Assembly: GCF_000299365.1 (NCBI RefSeq)
Contig: NC_018655.1
Span: 180,001 to 212,000, forward strand
Origin: Candidatus Nitrosopumilus koreensis AR1
GTDB lineage: Archaea > Thermoproteota > Nitrososphaeria > Nitrososphaerales > Nitrosopumilaceae
Reading direction: 5' to 3'
DNA: 32,000 nucleotides
Part shown: piece after piece, positions 24,760-32,000 of the stretch
Position numbering within the stretch: the stretch's first letter is position 1
Layout of the letters: every line of letters starts with the position of its first letter
Notes under the pieces: generated by a model
What the model was told of the DNA's origin: nothing
The model's database searches: none
The model's input: only the letters and a program-made list of their open reading frames with translations
Made by a program: the position numbers and the translations under genes

Positions 24760-25067
24760 GCTGGAGAAAAATACCTATGAAATTTCCAGGTACTTGTATT
24801 GTATGTAATGAAAAAATAGAAATTAATGAAATTGGCCTTTGGGCAAAAGGACTTGGTGTTAAGCATGAAAAATGTGCTGAAATTAATGAATTACAGTGTA
24901 TAGTTTGTGGCGGTCCTGCTGGGTGCTCTCAATGTGAGTTTCAAGATATCTGCGATATTGCAAATGTTTCTCAGTTTTGTGTGTGTAAAAAATGCAGTGA
25001 ACAAAAGGACATCTTTAATTTATATCAAAAGGCAACCAACAAAAAATTTCCAATTATTAACTCATAA
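24756..25067 (+). CDS. Small Cys-rich (zinc-ribbon-like) protein, function unknown
   Basis: 103 aa. ATGA start/stop overlap with rfcL. Cys pairs are CIVC..HEKC, CIVCGGPAGCSQC..C and CVCKKC. Confidence 0.55.
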   Translation: MSWRKIPMKFPGTCIVCNEKIEINEIGLWAKGLGVKHEKCAEINELQCIVCGGPAGCSQCEFQDICDIANVSQFCVCKKCSEQKDIFNLYQKATNKKFPIINS

Positions 25068-25173
25068 TTCTCTAAAATTCTAACTGATCTGGCAATTATT
25101 TTAAAAAAAAATTCAACCAAAATTTTTACAAACTAAATTAATATAGGAAACCGTATTTGATTAGATCACCATC

Positions 25174-26721
25174 ATGCATTCTAAAAAACTTGAAGATTTT
25201 GGTAATAAACACAAAATTTCTCAACAAGGTGGTGGTCAAGACCGAATCAAAGCACAACATGATAAAGGTAAGTTAACTGCACGAGAAAGAATCGATCTTC
25301 TGTTAGATGAGGGCAGTTTTACCGAAATTGATCCAATGGTAACTCATCACTACCATGAATATGATATGCAGAAAAAGAAGTTCTTCACTGATGGTGTAGT
25401 TGGTGGCTATGGCACAATCAATGGCAGACAAATTTTCGTATTTGCTTATGATTTTACAGTCCTTGGTGGAACTCTAAGTCAAATGGGTGCCAAAAAAATT
25501 ACTAAACTAATGGATCATGCAGTTAGAACTGGATGTCCAGTTATTGGAATTATGGATTCTGGCGGTGCAAGAATTCAAGAAGGAATTATGAGTCTTGATG
25601 GATTTGCAGATATCTTTTATCATAATCAACTAGCTTCAGGAGTTGTTCCTCAAATTACAGCAAGTATTGGTCCATCTGCAGGAGGCTCAGTGTATTCTCC
25701 AGCAATGACTGACTTTGTCGTCATGGTAGAAAAAGCAGGAACAATGTTCGTTACAGGCCCTGATGTTGTAAAGACAGTTTTAGGTGAAGAAATTTCATTT
25801 GATGATCTTGGTGGTGCAATGACACATGGTTCAAAAAGTGGAGTTGCGCACTTTGTTGCACAAAACGAATACGAATGTATGGATTGCATCAAGAAATTGA
25901 TCTCTTATATTCCACAAAATAATTCTGAAGAACCACCAAAAATAAAAACTGATGATGATCCAAATAGACTAGATCATAATCTAATTAACGTTATTCCAGA
26001 AAATCCATTACAACCATATGATATGAAAGATATCATTAATTCTATTGTTGATAACCATGAATTCTTTGAAGTTCATGAATTGTTTGCACCAAATATTGTT
26101 GTAGGTTATGGTAGAATGGATGGACAAGCAGTTGGTATTATTGCAAACAATCCAATGCATCTTGCAGGTGCACTTGATATTGATTCATCAAACAAAGCCG
26201 CACGTTTCATTAGATTTTGTGATGCATTTAACATTCCCATTATCACTTTGGTAGATACACCAGGTTACATGCCAGGTTCAAACCAAGAACATAACGGTAT
26301 AATTAGACATGGAAGCAAATTGCTTTATGCATATTGTGAGGCAACTGTTCCACGAATTACACTTGTAATTGGAAAGGCATATGGTGGTGCATACATTGCA
26401 ATGGGAAGCAAAAATCTTAGAACTGATATTAATTATGCGTGGCCAACTGCACGTTGTGCTGTATTAGGTGGTGAGGCTGCGGTAAAAATCATGAACAGAA
26501 AAGAATTGGCAGCTGCAGATGATGCTGAAGCACTAAAGAAACAACTAATCGATGAGTTTACAGAAAAATTTGAAAATCCTTATGTTGCAGCATCTCATGG
26601 AACCGTAGATAACGTAATTGATCCTGCAGAAACAAGACCTATGTTAATAAAAGCACTCAAAATGCTAGCAAACAAGAGAGAAAAACAACTTCCTAGAAAA
26701 CATGGAAATATCAATTTGTGA
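25174..26721 (+). CDS. pccB: Acetyl-CoA/propionyl-CoA carboxylase, carboxyltransferase subunit
   Basis: 515 aa, full-length carboxyl transferase domain (GGARIQEG, TGPDVVK, DTPGYMPG, AYGGAYIAMG). Confidence 0.95.
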   Translation: MHSKKLEDFGNKHKISQQGGGQDRIKAQHDKGKLTARERIDLLLDEGSFTEIDPMVTHHYHEYDMQKKKFFTDGVVGGYGTINGRQIFVFAYDFTVLGGTLSQMGAKKITKLMDHAVRTGCPVIGIMDSGGARIQEGIMSLDGFADIFYHNQLASGVVPQITASIGPSAGGSVYSPAMTDFVVMVEKAGTMFVTGPDVVKTVLGEEISFDDLGGAMTHGSKSGVAHFVAQNEYECMDCIKKLISYIPQNNSEEPPKIKTDDDPNRLDHNLINVIPENPLQPYDMKDIINSIVDNHEFFEVHELFAPNIVVGYGRMDGQAVGIIANNPMHLAGALDIDSSNKAARFIRFCDAFNIPIITLVDTPGYMPGSNQEHNGIIRHGSKLLYAYCEATVPRITLVIGKAYGGAYIAMGSKNLRTDINYAWPTARCAVLGGEAAVKIMNRKELAAADDAEALKKQLIDEFTEKFENPYVAASHGTVDNVIDPAETRPMLIKALKMLANKREKQLPRKHGNINL

Positions 26722-26727
26722 TTAAAA

Positions 26728-28215
26728 ATGATTGAGAAAGTACTTATCGCAAATAGAGGAGAAATTGCTCTTAGAGTAATCAGAACATGTAATGCATTAG
26801 GTATAAAGACTGTTGCGGTATATTCTGATGAAGATTACAATTCTTTACATGTAAAGAAAGCTGATGAATCTTATCATATTGGTGAAGCAGCTCCTGCAAA
26901 ATCATATCTTAATCAAGAAAAAATTCTTGAAGTAATGTTGTCTTCCGGAACAGATGCTGTTCATCCTGGTTATGGCTTTCTTTCTGAAAACGATGACTTT
27001 GCAAGACTATGTGAAAAAAATAAAATCACTTTCATTGGCCCATCTGCTGATTCGATGAATCTGTGTGGTGATAAGATGGAATGTAAGGCTGCAATGTTAA
27101 AAGCTAAAGTTCCAACAGTTCCTGGAAGTCCAGGACTAGTAGATACTGCCGATGAAGCAGAAAAAATTGCAAATGAAATTGGTTATCCTGTACTCTTGAA
27201 ATCCGTTTATGGTGGTGGAGGTCGTGGAATTAGATTAGTTACTAATGATAAAGAATTGCAAGAAGGTTTTGAAACAGTAACATCTGAATCTATTTCTGCT
27301 GTAGGAAAATCTGCAATTATTGTTGAAAAATTCTTAGAAAAAACAAGACACATTGAATATCAAATGTGTAGAGATCATCATGGCAATGCAGTCCATCTAT
27401 TTGAGAGAGAATGTTCCATTCAAAGACGAAATCAGAAATTAATTGAACAAACCCCATCACCTGTCGTAGATGCTGCAAAAAGAGAAGAAATTGGTGAATT
27501 AGTTGTTAAAGCAGCAGAAGCTGTTGATTATACTAACCTGGGTACAGCAGAATTTTTGAGAGCAGACTCTGGTGAATTTTATTTTATTGAAATTAACGCA
27601 AGACTACAAGTAGAACATCCTATCAGTGAAATGGTTTCAGGATTGGATTTTGTTAAATTGCAGATTGATATTGCAAATGGAGAACCACTTCCATTCAAAC
27701 AAAAAGATCTAAAGATGAATGGTTATGCAATTGAATGTAGAATTAATGCAGAAGATACCTTTTTGGACTTCGCACCTTCTACTGGACCTGTTCCAGATGT
27801 GACAATCCCAGCAGGACCAAATGTTCGATGTGATACCTATCTTTATCCTGGATGTACAGTATCTCCATTTTATGACTCATTAATGGCAAAGCTCTGTACA
27901 TGGGGACCAACATTTGAAGAATCTAGAACTAGAATGCTTACTGCATTAAATGATATGTATGTTGAAGGCGTAGAAACATCCATTCCTCTCTACAAAACAA
28001 TTCTCAATTCTGAAGAATACAAAAATGGAGAGTTATCTACTGACTTTTTAAAACGTTATGGTATGATTGACAGATTAACTGAAGACCTTAAAAAAGAAAA
28101 AGAAAACAAGAGTGAGGCTGCTTTGGCTGCAGCTATTATTCATTCTGAATACTTCAAAAATAGAATTCAAAACGACAGCACTAGTAGTGCAACTTGGAAA
28201 AACAAACTGGATTGA
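26728..28215 (+). CDS. accC: Acetyl-CoA/propionyl-CoA carboxylase, biotin carboxylase subunit
   Basis: 495 aa with KVLIANRGEIALRVIRT, the ATP-grasp GGGGRGIR, and EINARLQVEHP. Confidence 0.95.
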   Translation: MIEKVLIANRGEIALRVIRTCNALGIKTVAVYSDEDYNSLHVKKADESYHIGEAAPAKSYLNQEKILEVMLSSGTDAVHPGYGFLSENDDFARLCEKNKITFIGPSADSMNLCGDKMECKAAMLKAKVPTVPGSPGLVDTADEAEKIANEIGYPVLLKSVYGGGGRGIRLVTNDKELQEGFETVTSESISAVGKSAIIVEKFLEKTRHIEYQMCRDHHGNAVHLFERECSIQRRNQKLIEQTPSPVVDAAKREEIGELVVKAAEAVDYTNLGTAEFLRADSGEFYFIEINARLQVEHPISEMVSGLDFVKLQIDIANGEPLPFKQKDLKMNGYAIECRINAEDTFLDFAPSTGPVPDVTIPAGPNVRCDTYLYPGCTVSPFYDSLMAKLCTWGPTFEESRTRMLTALNDMYVEGVETSIPLYKTILNSEEYKNGELSTDFLKRYGMIDRLTEDLKKEKENKSEAALAAAIIHSEYFKNRIQNDSTSSATWKNKLD

Positions 28216-28221
28216 TGATTA

Positions 28222-28734
28222 ATGAACTATAAGATACCTGACATTGAAAAATCATTTGAAGGGAAAATTGTTGAAATCTTAGGTAACAATGACTATGTAA
28301 TTAAGATAAATGACAAAGAACATCAATTACGAATTCTTAATATGAATGCAAAAGGAATAGAATTCATTTTAGATCAACAATATCATAAAGCAAAATATCT
28401 TGAAACTTTAACCAACGAAATGAATCTTGTAATTGATAATGTTCCAATCACACTAAATATGAACACACATTTTGATGAGGTTGTTTTCAAAAATTCAGGC
28501 GGTGCTGCTGCTGGTGGTGCTCAATTGGCACTCAAAAGCCAAATTCCAGGCAAAGTTGTATCTATCGCAGTTTCCGAAGGTGATTCAGTTAAGAAAGGTG
28601 ATGTTGTTTGTACTTTAGAATCAATGAAGATGCAAGTTGCAGTAAAAGCACACAAAGACGGTGCTATAAAAAATCTCAAAATTAAAGAAGGTGCAACTGT
28701 TGCAAAAGGCGATGTTATTGCTGATTTAGAATAA
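28222..28734 (+). CDS. accB: Biotin carboxyl carrier protein
   Basis: 170 aa. The C-terminal biotinyl domain has the ESMKM attachment motif and a preceding Ala/Gly linker. Confidence 0.9.
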   Translation: MNYKIPDIEKSFEGKIVEILGNNDYVIKINDKEHQLRILNMNAKGIEFILDQQYHKAKYLETLTNEMNLVIDNVPITLNMNTHFDEVVFKNSGGAAAGGAQLALKSQIPGKVVSIAVSEGDSVKKGDVVCTLESMKMQVAVKAHKDGAIKNLKIKEGATVAKGDVIADLE

Positions 28735-28750
28735 AAAAGAAATTGGTTTC

Positions 28751-29215
28751 CTATTTTAGGAAATTTTTAATCTCTTCATAGTTTGGTTCTTTTAATGGAT
28801 CTTCTGAAACCCATTTGTAACCAATCTTTCCGTCTTCCATAATTATAAAAACAGAACGTTTAGCTGCATTGTAGTCTTTTATGTGAAGCAAATCTTTCAT
28901 CAATATGTCGTAATCTCTAATTGTTTTGCTATTGTAATCTCCCAATAATGGAAAATTGAATTTGTGTTTTTCTGCAAATGCTTTATTTGCAAAAGGACCG
29001 TCGTTACTGATTGCTATTACCTGTGCACCCATGTCGGCAATTTCTTGCCAAGAATCTCTAAATGTACATAGCTCAGTTTCACATACTGGAGAACTTGCTG
29101 CAACTATGAATGAAAGAACGATTTTTTTACCTTTGAATTCATCCAAAGTCCGCATTTTTAGTTCTGTATCTGGAAGCTCAAAATCTGGAGCAGTATCTCC
29201 GATATTGACTGACAT
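28751..29215 (-). CDS. Peroxiredoxin (AhpC/TSA, Bcp-like thiol peroxidase)
   Basis: 154 aa with a thioredoxin-fold signature: FELPD..., SFIVAASSPVCETELC (peroxidatic Cys region). Confidence 0.85.
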   Translation of the reverse strand: MSVNIGDTAPDFELPDTELKMRTLDEFKGKKIVLSFIVAASSPVCETELCTFRDSWQEIADMGAQVIAISNDGPFANKAFAEKHKFNFPLLGDYNSKTIRDYDILMKDLLHIKDYNAAKRSVFIIMEDGKIGYKWVSEDPLKEPNYEEIKNFLK

Positions 29216-29297
29216 GATCGCATTTTATCAACGTTCTATAAAGTAGTTTAGAAAAAATATTTTTTTTCGATCAAACTACTAAAATCTGAAACATACC

Positions 29298-29314
29298 TTT
29301 TTATACAAAAATCA
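29298..29314 (+). promoter_or_regulatory. TATA-box-like element upstream of nuoA (TTTTTATACAAAAATCA)
   Basis: AT-rich box 16-32 nt upstream of the TTG start at 29330. A nearly identical element precedes nuoB. Confidence 0.4.
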
Positions 29315-29329
29315 GGGTGAAAAGCTAAA

Positions 29330-29704
29330 TTGGTCGGGGAATTAGCGGGCAATTACAGTACTGTGGTATTGATGTTTGCCTTTGGTATAGTAGCAATGGC
29401 ACCTGCATTAATTATTTCACGAATGGTTTCTCCTCGAAAACGAAGCAATCCTGTAAAATTTTTACCAATGGAATGTGGTCAAGTCCCATCTGGAGAAGGA
29501 CGAACGCATTTCATGATGCAGTATTATCCGTATATTCTCATGTTTGTAGTATTTGATGTAATGGCAATTTTCTTGTATGCATGGGGAAGTGCACTTTTGG
29601 AACTCCCAAAGAGTGCAACTTTACCGATGATGGGATTTTTAGCTATAATGTTTGGTGCAATGGCATTTGCATTGTATCAATCAGGGAGAAGAAGAATATG
29701 GTAG
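29330..29704 (+). CDS. nuoA: NADH-quinone oxidoreductase subunit A
   Basis: 124 aa with three TM segments and the conserved ECG...G......QYY.Y.LMFVVFDV pattern. TTG start. Confidence 0.88.
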   Translation: MVGELAGNYSTVVLMFAFGIVAMAPALIISRMVSPRKRSNPVKFLPMECGQVPSGEGRTHFMMQYYPYILMFVVFDVMAIFLYAWGSALLELPKSATLPMMGFLAIMFGAMAFALYQSGRRRIW

Positions 29705-29705
29705 T

Positions 29706-29720
29706 TTTTTATACAAATCA
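29706..29720 (+). promoter_or_regulatory. Second copy of the TTTTTATACAAATCA element, upstream of nuoB
   Basis: It lies in the 40-nt nuoA-nuoB spacer, 25-39 nt before the TTG start at 29745. Confidence 0.35.
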
Positions 29721-29744
29721 AATTAATGAGGGTAGGGGATAAGA

Positions 29745-30269
29745 TTGCTTAAAGACTTAGTTACACCAGAAAATGCAAATGTCTTTGTAGGAAAACTCGG
29801 GGATATTTTAGAAAGAGCAATCGATAAACCATTGGGCTACGCCATCAATTGGGGTAGAATTTGGTCACTCTGGCCTGTCCACATTGAAACAGCTTGTTGC
29901 AGCGTAGAATTTGGTGCCGCATCAAGTCCAAGATACGATGTTGAAAGATTCGGTATCATTGAAGCATTTGGATCACTTAGACAATGTGATCTAGTTGTTG
30001 TTCAAGGTACTATTACAAGAAAGATGGCGCCACGCCTAAGATTAGTTTATGATCAAATGCCAGAACCAAAGTACGTAATTGCTATGGGAGCTTGTGCAAT
30101 TACTGGAGGATTGTATTTTGATTCATACAATGTACTTCCAGGAATTGACGGAGTGATTCCAGTTGATGTCTATGTTCCAGGTTGCCCACCTAGACCTGAG
30201 ACTCTCATACAAGGATGTATTTTGTTGCAAGAGAAAATCAAGAGAATGAAGGCTAGGAAGTTTGTATAA
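29745..30269 (+). CDS. nuoB: NADH-quinone oxidoreductase subunit B
   Basis: 174 aa with the N2-cluster ligands CCSVEF, GACAITGG and VPGCPP. Confidence 0.95.
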   Translation: MLKDLVTPENANVFVGKLGDILERAIDKPLGYAINWGRIWSLWPVHIETACCSVEFGAASSPRYDVERFGIIEAFGSLRQCDLVVVQGTITRKMAPRLRLVYDQMPEPKYVIAMGACAITGGLYFDSYNVLPGIDGVIPVDVYVPGCPPRPETLIQGCILLQEKIKRMKARKFV

Positions 30270-30874
30270 TGAGTAGTAATCCTGAAAAACCAACAACAGA
30301 GGCAAAACCTGAAGAGAAAACAACTCCTCCTAAACCGGCACCCAAACCCGCAGCAAAACCTGAAGAGAAACCAGTTGAACTTCCTGCCTTTGAAAAAGGA
30401 ATTTTAGATAAACTAGTAGAAAAGTTTGGAGATAAAGTAGAAGTAGACTTTGTAAAAGAAGACCGAATTGGAATTAAAACAAGTAAAGACAATGTTCATG
30501 ATGTAGCACAATTCATTCGTGATGATCTTCATTATGATCATGCAGAATCAGTTTCAGGCGTAGATTTCCCAGCAGACAATGAAATTGAAGTAGTTTACCA
30601 TCTTGGTTCCTATACTGAATCATCCCTTGCAAAACAGATTCTTACATTATCGACAAGAGCTCCAAGAGAATCAAATCCAATCCCTGGACAAGATTCTACA
30701 AAACTTCCAAGTCTTAGAGATGTATTTTACAGTGTAGAGTTTGGTGAACGAGAAGTTTTTGAAATGTTAGGTGTTTTCTTTGATGGTCATCCAGATAATA
30801 GACGATTACTTTTGCCTGAAGATTGGGCAGACTTGCCACCACTTCGAAAGGACTTTGCAATAAAGGGTAGATAA
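30269..30874 (+). CDS. nuoC: NADH-quinone oxidoreductase subunit C with a Pro/Glu/Lys-rich N-terminal extension
   Basis: 201 aa. The C-terminal two thirds carry the NuoC core (EREVFEMLGVFFDGHPD.RRLLLPEDW). The first 40 aa or so are PEKP/KPAP low complexity. Confidence 0.9.
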   Translation: MSSNPEKPTTEAKPEEKTTPPKPAPKPAAKPEEKPVELPAFEKGILDKLVEKFGDKVEVDFVKEDRIGIKTSKDNVHDVAQFIRDDLHYDHAESVSGVDFPADNEIEVVYHLGSYTESSLAKQILTLSTRAPRESNPIPGQDSTKLPSLRDVFYSVEFGEREVFEMLGVFFDGHPDNRRLLLPEDWADLPPLRKDFAIKGR

Positions 30875-30876
30875 CA

Positions 30877-32000
30877 ATGACTGACATAATGCCACCAGGA
30901 TTAGCACTAAAGAAAGTAGATGAGAGAATCATGACTCTCAATGTTGGGCCACAACACCCAGGTTCTGGCCACATGAGAATTGTTGTTCAAATTGATGGTG
31001 ATTATATCGTTGCATGTGATCCAGATCCAGGATATGTGCATCGTGGAGAAGAGAAGATGGCTGAATATAGAAATTACATTACAAATGTTCCTCACTTAGA
31101 GAGACCTGTAATTCATGATTCATGTAATATTCTTTATCCTTATGTTTTAGGAGCTGAAGAAATACTTGGAATTGAAGTTCCAGAACGTGCAAAATACGTT
31201 AGAGTGATTTGTTCAGAACTAAACCGTTGTATCTATACCATGTACTGGCTTGCAATTTATGGAATTTTCTTAGGACATTCTACAATGTTCATGTGGCCTG
31301 CAGGTGACAGAGAACTCTTGATTGATCTTATGGAGAAAGTATCTGGTGCTAGAGTAACTCATGCACATTTCATTCCAGGTGGAGTGAGAAATGATTTGCC
31401 TGCAAACTTTGAAGATGTTTGTTTACGTCAAGTAAATTATTTTGAAAAACGTATCAAGGAATACGCTGCAGTGTTTTATGATAACCCTATTTTGATTTCC
31501 AGAACTAGGGACACTGGTGTATTATCACGTGAGAATGCTATTAGATATGGAACAACTGGTTCTGTACTTAGAGCAAGTGGTGTTGATTATGATCTAAGAG
31601 TAAAGGCACCTTATGATGTCTATGATGAATTAGACGTTCATACCAATGTGATGAAAGAAGGAGATTCTTATGCAAGATCTAAAGTTCCATGGCTTGATAT
31701 GATTGAAAGTTGTAATATTATTAGACAGGCATTACAAAAAATGCCAAAGTCTGGCTCTGTTCGTGCAAAACTAAAACCAAATCCCAAGACAAAAGGTCCT
31801 GCAACTGTCTACAAACGAGTGGAATCTGGTAGAGGTTCTCTTGGTTGTTATATTGTATCTGATGGTAAGCCTGAACCCTACAGAGTAAAAATGAGTGTTC
31901 CTTCATTTAGAAACTTACTTGCATTACCTAATCTTTTGATTGGAGAAAAACTAGGTAACATGCCATCTGTTTATTGGAGTCTTAATTATTGGCCAGTGGA
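30877..32000 (+). CDS. nuoD: NADH-quinone oxidoreductase subunit D (3' end beyond the window)
   Basis: My own translation from ATG at 30877 gives MTDIMPPGLALKKVDERIMTLNVGPQHPGSGHMRIVVQIDGDYIVACDPDPGYVHRGEEK..., the canonical NuoD N-terminus. The frame is open to the window end, so it is missing from the ORF track. Confidence 0.93.
   Translation, partial: MTDIMPPGLALKKVDERIMTLNVGPQHPGSGHMRIVVQIDGDYIVACDPDPGYVHRGEEKMAEYRNYITNVPHLERPVIHDSCNILYPYVLGAEEILGIEVPERAKYVRVICSELNRCIYTMYWLAIYGIFLGHSTMFMWPAGDRELLIDLMEKVSGARVTHAHFIPGGVRNDLPANFEDVCLRQVNYFEKRIKEYAAVFYDNPILISRTRDTGVLSRENAIRYGTTGSVLRASGVDYDLRVKAPYDVYDELDVHTNVMKEGDSYARSKVPWLDMIESCNIIRQALQKMPKSGSVRAKLKPNPKTKGPATVYKRVESGRGSLGCYIVSDGKPEPYRVKMSVPSFRNLLALPNLLIGEKLGNMPSVYWSLNYWPV

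Noticed and set aside
30253-30492. 79-aa Gly/Ser-rich minus-strand ORF
   Set aside because: It is antisense to the Pro/Glu/Lys low-complexity extension of nuoC, a compositional artefact.
1-32000. Scan for CRISPR arrays, IS elements, integrases, toxin-antitoxin pairs and restriction-modification genes
   Set aside because: I found no regularly spaced direct repeats, and none of the listed ORFs resembles cas, transposase, integrase or methyltransferase/endonuclease families.

Overview
AT-rich archaeal chromosomal segment. The gene content points to a marine ammonia-oxidising thaumarchaeon (Nitrosopumilus-like). That assignment is an inference from family recognition and has not been checked by search. 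The window is dense core genome: replication genes (rfcS 5' end, GINS, MCM, Hel308, RFC large subunit), an sdhACDB operon, argH, three tRNAs, two paralogous ferredoxin-NADP reductase-like genes, the biotin-dependent acetyl/propionyl-CoA carboxylase trio of the 3-hydroxypropionate/4-hydroxybutyrate cycle, and the start of a nuoABCD operon. I found no CRISPR array, integrase, transposase, toxin-antitoxin pair or recognisable defence island, so I cannot point to a clear novel multi-gene system. Several things deserve a second look. (1) Three genes are split by frameshifts at A/T homopolymers within about 5 kb. Two of these sit exactly on the phased -1 slippery heptamers A-AAA-AAG and A-AAA-AAT. 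(2) A glutamyl-tRNA-reductase-like gene has lost the catalytic Cys motif. (3) A 22-codon Alba N-terminal remnant, with an intact promoter, abuts the stop codon of a convergent gene. (4) A tandemly duplicated perfect 12-bp palindrome sits on the padR start in the padR/sdhA divergent promoter. (5) A GATC/palindrome-dense spacer lies between rfcS and gins-mcm. (6) An uncharacterised 371-aa gene is tightly coupled to rfcL and to a Cys-rich zinc-ribbon-like gene. Homopolymer sequencing error is the most economical explanation for the frameshifts and has to be excluded first.
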